From Candidatus Kapaibacterium sp. (GTDB lineage Bacteria; Bacteroidota; Ignavibacteria; Kapaibacteriales; UBA2268): a stretch of DNA of 64,000 nt. The notes under the pieces were generated by a model that saw only the letters and a list, made by a program, of their open reading frames with translations, made no database searches and had not been told where the DNA came from. Location: positions 2,313-66,312 of the forward strand of contig CALBDO010000019.1 in the NCBI GenBank assembly GCA_937927515.1, in the 5' to 3' direction. This document shows, one piece after another, positions 49,501-57,441 of the stretch (position 1 is the first letter of the stretch; every line of letters starts with the position of its first letter). The position numbers and the translations under genes are program-made.

Positions 49501-49928
49501 TGGTTAAGTTCATTGCAAACTTCATATGGGTCTATTTCATCAGAAAAGTATATTTCCAATATTTTCTCAATACCAGTGGAACTGGTAGACAATGGAGAAG
49601 CAGTGGTGCCATCAAAAAAAGGGGCTCGGATTTTTGCAACATTATACTTTGATAGAATTGTCGATATGCTACTCGAATAAATTCTCGAATAGTTTTTATC
49701 ATATTCGACGATTTGTTTAGTTTTAATGTGGATAGCTTTCTTAATCAAGAACTCCTCGGGAACACGGTAGATTGGAACGATTTTAGCTTTACCATATTGA
49801 TTTTCGGCATCAATTGATAAATAATATTCAACATTCTTTTCCAAAGACTTCGATTGAGAATTGATAAAAACGGTCGAAAAAGAATAGTTAAAAGTAATCA
49901 AAAGCAAAAGGAAGACTAATTTTTTCAT
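46542..49928 (-). CDS. Secreted S8 subtilase with Asp-box/BNR propeller, Ig-like (ASH/choice-of-anchor D) domain and T9SS CTD
   Basis: Catalytic triad AIVDSG, FHGTHVAG, GTSMAAP. Repeats TTDGGDSW, SSNRGKSW, TTDGGKTW and TSDLGENW. CTD LYPNPAED...GIYFIKI. Start moved to MKKLVF. Confidence 0.9.
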   Translation of the reverse strand: MKKLVFLLLLITFNYSFSTVFINSQSKSLEKNVEYYLSIDAENQYGKAKIVPIYRVPEEFLIKKAIHIKTKQIVEYDKNYSRIYSSSISTILSKYNVAKIRAPFFDGTTASPLSTSSTGIEKILEIYFSDEIDPYEVCNELNQLPDVEYATPIYIRKTFDYIPNDPRINQQWQINNISLPRAWDITKGSKNVVIAIVDSGVDWNHPDLLANIWTNPKEVPGNNVDDDGNGKIDDVRGWDFVGNVTTQQLMSGIYREDNDPTNIQGFHGTHVAGLASAVTDNGVGIASPGFSCSILPIKCSPDVGGMGIFRGYEAIVYAANMGAKVINCSWGGPGYSPAEQDIINYALEKGSLVVVAAGNDGMYIDYGGQYPAGYDNVLCVGASNSANNVTSFSNWGIKVTVYAPGQNVYSTMPNSSYSNQNGTSMAAPIVAGVAGLIASIHKEWSPKQILHQIRSTSDNLVISQPNLKPYYYGKVNAYKAVYYNSPSAPSVPGIEIISYKFAQGNAITDYNPKVLQLKIKNFLGAAGNVTLKISPLQNIISLSQNEFALGTLGTLSEKDVNLTITLLENNPWYLGNVNLLCTFESGNYIDYQILSLPIQINSSNRLTKVFTLPDAYKPTWYGASSPQFDCLWVVGQGGMFGSNSGFVLLRSGTSSANYIANQPIFCIEGVSSTIAFAGSGSQNQTTAYIYKTGNAGQVWTSYNVSSITGFVNAIYFFDSKEGIFLGDPKNGNWGIGRTTDGGDSWLPVLGIPLPQTNETGFVNSTTRWKDYVWFGTSTGRVFISSNRGKSWSFSNIPNAAIVNYITFRDSLVGMAVYKETTDATAPFYLATTTDGGKTWRVRQYNFTQNGLVPVYLFTPENSKLMYILCNGGQILGTSDLGENWVTVLNEYTGQIETGANIVISKSIVRLWQVGLGVSYLDFNLVPLETKKEIQLISENTLNYDTVLVGSNKLKTISLKNTGNVPANINVRIDTISSIADEFKIFGSVPNSISPGEEIQIRVRFVPKAEGIRTAKLIIESDAEPFTIAVNLLGVGKQQISGVEYNANCLISLYPNPAEDKLFFFTEDFQLPMEVTIIDVLGKEVLSFSYPSVNCSSEIVIPIGSIPSGIYFIKISNLNKIYINQFFKN

Positions 49929-49959
49929 ACCCATCAACAGATTAATTTGACATAATAAA

Positions 49960-51903
49960 CTAATACTCCTGAACAACATTTAATGAATAACCTTTTGTTT
50001 TCGTACCCAAGAAAACAAGAGTGTAATTTTTACCAAAGGAAAGAAAAATGTCGCTGAACTGGTTAATAATTCGATTAGAAATATTGTCGAATATGACTAA
50101 AGAAAATTTTCTTTCTAAAAAAACTTTTTCTACTTGGCTGAAACTACCGTACGACAATTCATTAACAATAGTTTTTGTTTTCGAGCTATCGTAAAAAATT
50201 CCAATATTTCGAGCTTCTGGGCTAGCGTTAAAAAACCTCCTTCGGTACGAATTCATTTCTTTTCCCATAGAAGAAATGGAAGCGTCGAAAAGCTCAATTT
50301 CGTCTTTCGACCCAGTTACAATGTATAAACCCATCTTGTTTTCATCCAACGACAAAGAGTAAGCGGTCTCATTAATTATTATTTGGTTTATATCTCGAGG
50401 TAAAACTGTAGCAAAACTTTCTTTGTACGCCAACTTTATGTTTGCAAAATGCTTTGGGATAGAGCAGGTTAAAAATTCGGCGTATGGGAATCCATTCAAT
50501 AATTGAATAAAAATACCACGAGCAAGATTTGAAATTCGGATATCTTGGCTCTCTTCTGGAATTAAACTCAATTCAATTCCTTTGTCTCGTGATTTATAAA
50601 TTACAATCAAATACGACTTATTAGCTTCTACAGCAGAATAAAAGGATTTTAATAAAATTGATGGTTCTGTGGCTGAAAACAAAGTTAGGGGGAGATATCC
50701 TGGCTCTACCAAAACTGGTGAACCTATTTTATTGCTTTTTAGATTTGCTGCCAAAACTTCACCCGATGCGAAGCCAGTCTTAATACTACTTAGATTTCTA
50801 GTACCCACAGACAAGGTCATACCAAAATTTGTATCAATGGCATTTACAACTCTTACTGCTGCATAACCACTTTGCTTCACCTTTTCATTTAATGGAGGCA
50901 CCATTAATAACTTCTTATCGTGGTGCGTACTATCGAAAATTAAAAGAGTATATCTTTTCAAAACTTCAAAGGAATAGACATAAACAGTGCGATTAGAAGA
51001 ATAGCTTATTTCAAGAGTATCAGGAAAATCACTTGTACAAGCCGACAACCTAAAGTATGGGGACACCCAGCCACTTTCTAAATTGTCTGAAATTATTGTA
51101 GCGGGAGATTTAGTTAAAGTGACATTTTCTGAAGCAAAATTTGCTACTCGAATGAAAGAATGTTTATTCTCGACTGGGGATAATTCAACTAAATTTGTAG
51201 ATAAGGAATCATAGTCATTATAAAGGAATAATGAATAGGTTCCATCCTTTTTTTGAACAAAAAAAAGAGTATATTCATTGTCCTCCAAAAAGTTCACAGA
51301 ATAGATATCAATTAAATTTGAATTAACCCCATTATTTACTACCACAGAAATTGTGTAATTACCGAAAGGAACTGTCTTCAAATATGGATATGCAAAATAA
51401 GGAACGTTGGAAATAAGTACCTTTCCATTAGGACAGCCTTCTACAATTGAGACTTTTAAAATTGAATCCCGAACCAAATTGACAAACTTAAAATGTGCAT
51501 TGCCTTGCTTTCGAGGTAGCCCAAAAGTAGTTGCAAGGACCATAAATGTATCTACATCAGCGCCCTCCTTTAAACTTCGTCCAGCAATAATTAAATACCT
51601 TGTTTCTCTAACAAGCCGTATCTTTCTCTCGGGGGAGTGGACTTTTTTATTATTTTGATACAATTCAATCTTAATCGAGTCGTAAGGAGGAGGCATACTC
51701 GAGGCGGTTAAACCAAGATATTCTACTGAATTAGAATAAACATTTCCATTGTATCCCCAAGATATTACATCATTTGAGTTAAAAGCATTGAGCAATCTAA
51801 TTCTTATACTTTGATATGGTGGAGGGGGATTCACCAACTTTGGGTCTTCCTCTGCACAAGATGCAAAAATGTAAAATATTATAATCCAATATATTTTCTT
51901 CAT
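49960..51903 (-). CDS. Multi-repeat DUF4397-like lipoprotein
   Basis: Lipobox FASC followed by acidic AEED. Repeats begin IRLLNAF, FKFVNLV, IRVANFA, VRVVNAI, IQLLNGF and RRFFNAS. Confidence 0.72.
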   Translation of the reverse strand: MKKIYWIIIFYIFASCAEEDPKLVNPPPPYQSIRIRLLNAFNSNDVISWGYNGNVYSNSVEYLGLTASSMPPPYDSIKIELYQNNKKVHSPERKIRLVRETRYLIIAGRSLKEGADVDTFMVLATTFGLPRKQGNAHFKFVNLVRDSILKVSIVEGCPNGKVLISNVPYFAYPYLKTVPFGNYTISVVVNNGVNSNLIDIYSVNFLEDNEYTLFFVQKKDGTYSLFLYNDYDSLSTNLVELSPVENKHSFIRVANFASENVTLTKSPATIISDNLESGWVSPYFRLSACTSDFPDTLEISYSSNRTVYVYSFEVLKRYTLLIFDSTHHDKKLLMVPPLNEKVKQSGYAAVRVVNAIDTNFGMTLSVGTRNLSSIKTGFASGEVLAANLKSNKIGSPVLVEPGYLPLTLFSATEPSILLKSFYSAVEANKSYLIVIYKSRDKGIELSLIPEESQDIRISNLARGIFIQLLNGFPYAEFLTCSIPKHFANIKLAYKESFATVLPRDINQIIINETAYSLSLDENKMGLYIVTGSKDEIELFDASISSMGKEMNSYRRRFFNASPEARNIGIFYDSSKTKTIVNELSYGSFSQVEKVFLERKFSLVIFDNISNRIINQFSDIFLSFGKNYTLVFLGTKTKGYSLNVVQEY

Positions 51904-51948
51904 AAATACAAATTTAAGACTTGGAACATCAATTAAGAAACCTTATTA

Positions 51949-54900
51949 TTACTTAACTATAACAAAACTTCTAGTATATGTAAATGCTCTTGTGTTCATT
52001 TTTACAAAATAAACACCACTGTTAATCTCCTTTGAATCAACATGAAAAGAATACTTGCCAGCTTTTAATTCAGCATTTACTAACTCCAAAACTTTTAATC
52101 CCATCGAGTTAAAAATAGTTAGATTCACAAAATCATCGAAAGCAATTTCAATATTTATGTCAAAACTAGATTCGACAGGGCTTGGCTGTATTTCAAAGAG
52201 ACAATAGGTCTTATCGGATATTTCAACAAGTCTACCTTCTGTAAAGCACGTAACTAAATTGATAGTTTTTTTATTTTCCTTAGGCATTAAACAATTTTCT
52301 GCACCAGGGAAAATTGGCTTAATTGTAATATCTGGATTAGATACATCTGAAAGAAACGTTTCAAAAGTTAAGGTGTTTTGGAATGAGGCAGGTGTTGGAA
52401 ATGGGGTCCCTTTTCCGGCTACTTGGTAGCCGTCATTTGTAGGATTGATATCCCAATTCCATCCCAAAAGCTTAGATTCGAATCTCTTTAAAATGAAGTT
52501 TTTCTTATACGACTTAACATCAAAGACAACATTTCCAATTTCAATGGAATGGTCACGAAGAATATTAACCTCGAATGTAAGTATTAAATCTTTTGAGACA
52601 ACAAGCTTACTATCATCGCTCTTGTAATCGACTGAAACAGTTTCCGTAAAAGTCTTACCGATAATTGGTATAATTTTATTTTCATAATTTGTAAAAATTT
52701 CGAGATTTGCAGAATAATTTTGTGTAGCAGGCTCGGGTAAAAATCGTAGAGTAACTACTCCACTCTCCTTTGGCTTAATAACAGTCGGAAAATTCACTAC
52801 TTGAAAATTGTTTGAATTAGGTCCAGTTAAATTCAATCCCAAAATCTGCAAATCCGAATCATATGGACTATTGTCAATAACAACACTTAAATCTTTTGTA
52901 GCACAAGTGGAGACCTCACCAAAATCAATTGGGTCTGGGTACACAATCAAACCTGTCCCTACGCCAAAAATAAGTATAGTGTCGTTAACAATAGGATTTT
53001 TACTTGGTCCTGGTGCAGCGTCTGATTTGATTAGAGCAAGTATTTTTCTTGTTCCAACACTTGATGGAGTAAAATCAATTGGCACAGCAAATTGCCCATT
53101 GTTTTTAGAAATAACAATGTCGGTTGTTTTGGCGCCAGAGCTAAATTTAAACTCTGAGGAAGAAGGTAAAATAATTTCTCTTACGTATAAATCCATTGTT
53201 TGACTCGGGTTCATGATAATTAAATCGGCAGTAACTGTATTCCCAACCTTAGTTCGTCCACAGTCGACGTCGGGGGCAGTTATTTTTGGTAGACCACCGA
53301 TGCCAATTATCTGCACTTCAGCGGGTTCACTAAAATCTTTGATGGACAATAAAACTTGATTTTCTAAATACCCTTCAGTTTGTGGATTAAATCTTACAGC
53401 CAAGTCAAAAGATTCTCCAGGAGCAATCATCAATGGTAAGCCTGAGGGCGGATTAATGTAGAAATTTTGGTCATTAATGCTTGCAAGTTCGACCTTTTGA
53501 ATTTCTATCTGTGCCTGTGTAACATTCTTGATGGTGACAATAGTATCATTTATTGTCAAGATTCGTCGAACACCAAAATCTATAGGTTGAATTGGAAGAG
53601 CCGATGGAATGCCTTCGCCGGTTATATTTGTAAAAAATTCTCCACAATGGTTTGGTATATTGAACTTAATCCGAGCAGACTTAGAACCAATCGACTGAGG
53701 TCTAAATTGTACAGTTATATTTAAACACTCACCAGGATTCAAAGTAAACGGTCCTAAACCGGGTAAGACAAGGAATTCCGAAGAATTTACCCCCTCGATA
53801 GATAAATTAAATGTTAAAGGCACTGCAGTGGTATTCTTGAATACACAATTTTCATTTTGGTTTTTAACAGTTTGAATTTGAACCTTTCCAAAATCAATCT
53901 TCGAAACAACTTCCCCACCACAAGGAGCAATAAGCCTGATAATTGGAGGAGGGCAAGGGACTGCATTTATTTGAAAGCCAGTTTCGGAGGATGCTCCCAC
54001 TGGAGATTCAATGTAATTAATTTCAATAGTGTGGGACTGGTTTTTCAAAAGGTTAAAAGGAGGTGTTTTACCCTTCCAATCAATAGTGAACTTATTTGTT
54101 GAATTTATATTAAAGGAGTTGATTGTAAAATCAGTGTTAACTGCAGTCATTGTTAATTGCCTTTTTGTAGTGCCAATGCCAGGTGCACCAAAAAGTAAAA
54201 ACGTATCAGACAAGTCAAGTTTTGCTAAACTTTTTTCTGGAGCAAAGTAATTGGTCAAAACTGAATCGGGTATTCGTTTGAATATAGCTTTAATGTTTCG
54301 GGTTCTACTCTGCTCGTCACAACCAAAAGGTGAAACCCACGTCAGATAACAAACATTACGACTTTGAATATCACCGACAATTTGACGAAAAGCGTTTATA
54401 ATTTGTTGTTTTGTGTTTATTTCAAAACTTTTACCACCGGTTGCTTGACAAATTAGGTCTATTGAATAGTTTATAGAGCTTTTAATGAACAAAGAGTACA
54501 CCTGTGCTTTGATTCTTTTTGCATAGTTAATTATTGTATCTCTCTTCCAATCTTGAAAAGGTCTTTCGGGTTGTCCATCTGATAGAAATATGACCACTCT
54601 TCGTAAATCTTTAGGAGTAGTTTCTAATAAGGGCAAAGCACCAAGTGGTGGCCAAGCCTTTACAAAAGGTGGATAAAAATCTGTGCTTCCAGCAGCGTAT
54701 GTTAAATTAATGTTTAACCAATCATATAAGGGCTGTTTTGTATCGTACAAAGGACTTGTTTTGTAAACATCGCCAGCAAAGAGAACATATGCAATTACAG
54801 ATGGTGGGTCTAATTTGATTGAGTCGAGAAATGCAAAGGCTCCCTGCTTGACCCAGTCAATTTTTTTTTCTCCACCCTCGACTGGGTCATTCATAGATGT

Positions 54901-55182
54901 GGAGACATCCAAGACCAGGACCACTGCCAATTGAGGATAAAAGTCGACTTTTTTACAATCGATACCAAGAGTTGGATTAAGATTAACGCCGTTTTCATAA
55001 AAATCAAAATCAGATGTTGTTATATTCGGATAATCTACACCCATAGGGGTTCTAGCATAAAAAAGTGCTTTCATATTTGGGAAATTACTAGTGTCGATAG
55101 AATATAAATTAAAAGACTGTGCTAACACTTCATTAAATAAAATAATTAATAAAAACACTGAAATTAAAATCAAACGTTTCAT
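51949..55182 (-). CDS. VWA-domain adhesin-like protein with several ASH/choice-of-anchor D Ig domains and T9SS CTD
   Basis: MIDAS motif LDVSTS...FLSDGQP. Repeats IDFGKV, IDFGVR, VDCGRT and IDFGEV. CTD IQPSPVES...SGVYFVKM. GGAGG RBS. Confidence 0.82.
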   Translation of the reverse strand: MKRLILISVFLLIILFNEVLAQSFNLYSIDTSNFPNMKALFYARTPMGVDYPNITTSDFDFYENGVNLNPTLGIDCKKVDFYPQLAVVLVLDVSTSMNDPVEGGEKKIDWVKQGAFAFLDSIKLDPPSVIAYVLFAGDVYKTSPLYDTKQPLYDWLNINLTYAAGSTDFYPPFVKAWPPLGALPLLETTPKDLRRVVIFLSDGQPERPFQDWKRDTIINYAKRIKAQVYSLFIKSSINYSIDLICQATGGKSFEINTKQQIINAFRQIVGDIQSRNVCYLTWVSPFGCDEQSRTRNIKAIFKRIPDSVLTNYFAPEKSLAKLDLSDTFLLFGAPGIGTTKRQLTMTAVNTDFTINSFNINSTNKFTIDWKGKTPPFNLLKNQSHTIEINYIESPVGASSETGFQINAVPCPPPIIRLIAPCGGEVVSKIDFGKVQIQTVKNQNENCVFKNTTAVPLTFNLSIEGVNSSEFLVLPGLGPFTLNPGECLNITVQFRPQSIGSKSARIKFNIPNHCGEFFTNITGEGIPSALPIQPIDFGVRRILTINDTIVTIKNVTQAQIEIQKVELASINDQNFYINPPSGLPLMIAPGESFDLAVRFNPQTEGYLENQVLLSIKDFSEPAEVQIIGIGGLPKITAPDVDCGRTKVGNTVTADLIIMNPSQTMDLYVREIILPSSSEFKFSSGAKTTDIVISKNNGQFAVPIDFTPSSVGTRKILALIKSDAAPGPSKNPIVNDTILIFGVGTGLIVYPDPIDFGEVSTCATKDLSVVIDNSPYDSDLQILGLNLTGPNSNNFQVVNFPTVIKPKESGVVTLRFLPEPATQNYSANLEIFTNYENKIIPIIGKTFTETVSVDYKSDDSKLVVSKDLILTFEVNILRDHSIEIGNVVFDVKSYKKNFILKRFESKLLGWNWDINPTNDGYQVAGKGTPFPTPASFQNTLTFETFLSDVSNPDITIKPIFPGAENCLMPKENKKTINLVTCFTEGRLVEISDKTYCLFEIQPSPVESSFDINIEIAFDDFVNLTIFNSMGLKVLELVNAELKAGKYSFHVDSKEINSGVYFVKMNTRAFTYTRSFVIVK

Positions 55183-55249
55183 TTTTTGCCCTCCATTTAT
55201 TAATATTATTTATAACAAAATCAATTAAAAAGTTACAAAAAACACCACT

Positions 55250-55257
55250 CAAAATTA
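55250..55257 (-). promoter_or_regulatory. Candidate -7 promoter element TAATTTTG for the T9SS-cargo operon
   Basis: TAnnTTTG about 68 nt upstream of the VWA gene ATG. Confidence 0.35.
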
Positions 55258-55351
55258 ACTCTGAATTATAAGAAAAAATATAATATCATAAACTATTTTT
55301 TTGTAATGAAATTAAATATTAATTTGTAATGTTTGATACTACAAAATTCAT

Positions 55352-56584
55352 ATGATGAAAATTTTATCAACATATATTATAATTTTTTTTCTCACACACT
55401 TAGCATGGTCACAGAAATGTAGGGACTATTTAATATACGATGATGTTGAAAAAGTGCAAACCTTTGGGATAGACACTAGCGGAAACTGGTGGATATTGAC
55501 CAAACCCTATATGAATGATTATAGGCTGATAATTTCGGGGACCAAAACTGAAGTATTTAAAGAAATTAAACATCTCACTTTTTCTCCAGATGGTAAGAAA
55601 TGGGCATTTTTTGGTAAAACAACAACAAATTGGAATTTCGTTTCAAGCGATACGATTATTCCGCTTTTCGCCGAAGAGGTTTTAGCAATAGGTTTTAGCA
55701 ACAACTCCGAGAAAGTTTTCTATGCATTCAAAAATGGAGTTGAAACAACCATATGCTACGATAATAAAGTGATAAAGTTTACAAATTTTTGGGGGAAAAT
55801 ATTTGCAAACTATGATGGTAGCAAGATTGCACTAACATTGCAAGTTGGTAAAATGTTTTCGCTCATAATTCCCCAATATTTTGAAAGTGAAAGGTTCGAC
55901 TCAATTGTCCCCCTTGGTTTTTGGCTCGACGATGAAGTAATCTTTGCTGGGAAGATAGGGAGTCTTTGGCAAATTTTCAAAAACCATCAACCTTTAACCG
56001 AAGAATTTCTGCAACTCATTGATATGAAAATAAATAACCTCGGAAGCAATGCAGTATTTGCAATCAAAAGAAATACATCTGATGTTTTTGTCGTGTTAAT
56101 TTCCGAAAAGTTTGCTGAACCAATAACTTCCAAATCATACAATTATGTTTCGAATGTGAAGTTACATCCCGAAGAACCTCTGGTTTCTTTCCATGCTACT
56201 AAAGATATAAATAATTTCATTGTCTATGGTAATGTCGAGTATTCGTTAGGGAATTTCTCTGCGGAACCTTTTTTCTCCTATGACGGTTCTGAATTATATT
56301 ACTGTTACTGCGACATAGAATGTTATTTTTATGTTGATGGTAAAAGATTTACACTCCCTGGCGGCACAAGCTGTTTATCAAATGTTGCTCGTAAACCAAG
56401 AACAAACTCAATAGCTTTTTCAAATTATTCCCATCTCGTAATGTTAGATTATTATCTAAACATCCAATACGCTGGATTGATGGTGGATAAAATAACCAAT
56501 CCTATTTATAATTGGAAAGCAGAAAGATACGAGGCTCTCGGTGAAATCAATAATAAAATTTATTTACTTACTTGTGCCCCTTGA
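55352..56584 (+). CDS. Secreted hypothetical protein, probable beta-propeller
   Basis: Signal peptide and repeated F-S-x-D-G-like turns (FSPDGKK, FSNNSEK, NYDGSK, FSYDGSE). Confidence 0.6.
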   Translation: MMKILSTYIIIFFLTHLAWSQKCRDYLIYDDVEKVQTFGIDTSGNWWILTKPYMNDYRLIISGTKTEVFKEIKHLTFSPDGKKWAFFGKTTTNWNFVSSDTIIPLFAEEVLAIGFSNNSEKVFYAFKNGVETTICYDNKVIKFTNFWGKIFANYDGSKIALTLQVGKMFSLIIPQYFESERFDSIVPLGFWLDDEVIFAGKIGSLWQIFKNHQPLTEEFLQLIDMKINNLGSNAVFAIKRNTSDVFVVLISEKFAEPITSKSYNYVSNVKLHPEEPLVSFHATKDINNFIVYGNVEYSLGNFSAEPFFSYDGSELYYCYCDIECYFYVDGKRFTLPGGTSCLSNVARKPRTNSIAFSNYSHLVMLDYYLNIQYAGLMVDKITNPIYNWKAERYEALGEINNKIYLLTCAP

Positions 56585-56588
56585 AATT

Positions 56589-57413
56589 TTATTCAAGCCA
56601 TCTACGCAAAACAAGAGCATATTTCAACTCTAACGAAAATAGCCAGGAATGCCATCTGTAATTCCTACCTCTTTCACTATAATTATTCAACGGAAGTTGA
56701 TACGTAAAAGCAAATCCGAAGAATATATTTCCAGTAAGATGAAAACTAAAGCCAATTGCAGGAGCAAATGAAAACAGAATTGAATTTACCCGTTCAACAA
56801 CCCCATCCTCTAATTTTACCACATCACCATTTCCGATAGAAATATCAATTTTTTCACCATTTTCAAGACGCACGCTCCTGTCTAACAACTCTTTTTTATG
56901 GATAATATGTGTATAAAAAGGCAAACTAGCTTTTATCCCCACCCTTATAAACGAAAAATCCCAGAGGTTGAAATTCAAAAAAGGCATCAAATCAAAATTT
57001 GAAAAACCTACTTGGGTCTTTTGGCGGAAAAGGACGGGAACGTTGTAGAATTTCTCTCCAGTTTGACTTTCGAATGCAAGAAGCTCCCTCTCTTTGTAAG
57101 AAGAAGTATTACTCAATAGAGACAAACCTACGACCCCCCCCCATTGTAGAAAGGAAGTCAAATCTTTTTGAAATAATAAACCCAAACCAAAGGCGAGACC
57201 AGAACCATCCCTAAAACTTGGACAGTCACAACTGGCAAATAATTCACCAGTTTGCCAGTTTGGACCAAGCCCGGCAAAGATACCCAATTCGGTTTGTTTA
57301 CGGGACTTTCCGGGACCCAATGGTGATGGTTGCTCCTCAACTCCTTGAGAGAAAATGGTTAGCGAGGGTAAAAACAAACACAAAAAAATGATTAAATTTG
57401 AAACTTTATTCAT
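56589..57413 (-). CDS. Outer-membrane beta-barrel protein (PorT/OMP_b-brl_2-like)
   Basis: Signal peptide from MNKV, ELGIFAGLG and amphipathic strands. Contains an SCDCP motif and a G9 tract. Confidence 0.7.
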   Translation of the reverse strand: MNKVSNLIIFLCLFLPSLTIFSQGVEEQPSPLGPGKSRKQTELGIFAGLGPNWQTGELFASCDCPSFRDGSGLAFGLGLLFQKDLTSFLQWGGVVGLSLLSNTSSYKERELLAFESQTGEKFYNVPVLFRQKTQVGFSNFDLMPFLNFNLWDFSFIRVGIKASLPFYTHIIHKKELLDRSVRLENGEKIDISIGNGDVVKLEDGVVERVNSILFSFAPAIGFSFHLTGNIFFGFAFTYQLPLNNYSERGRNYRWHSWLFSLELKYALVLRRWLE

Positions 57414-57441
57414 ATTGCCCAAAAAAATTAAAAACGAAATT

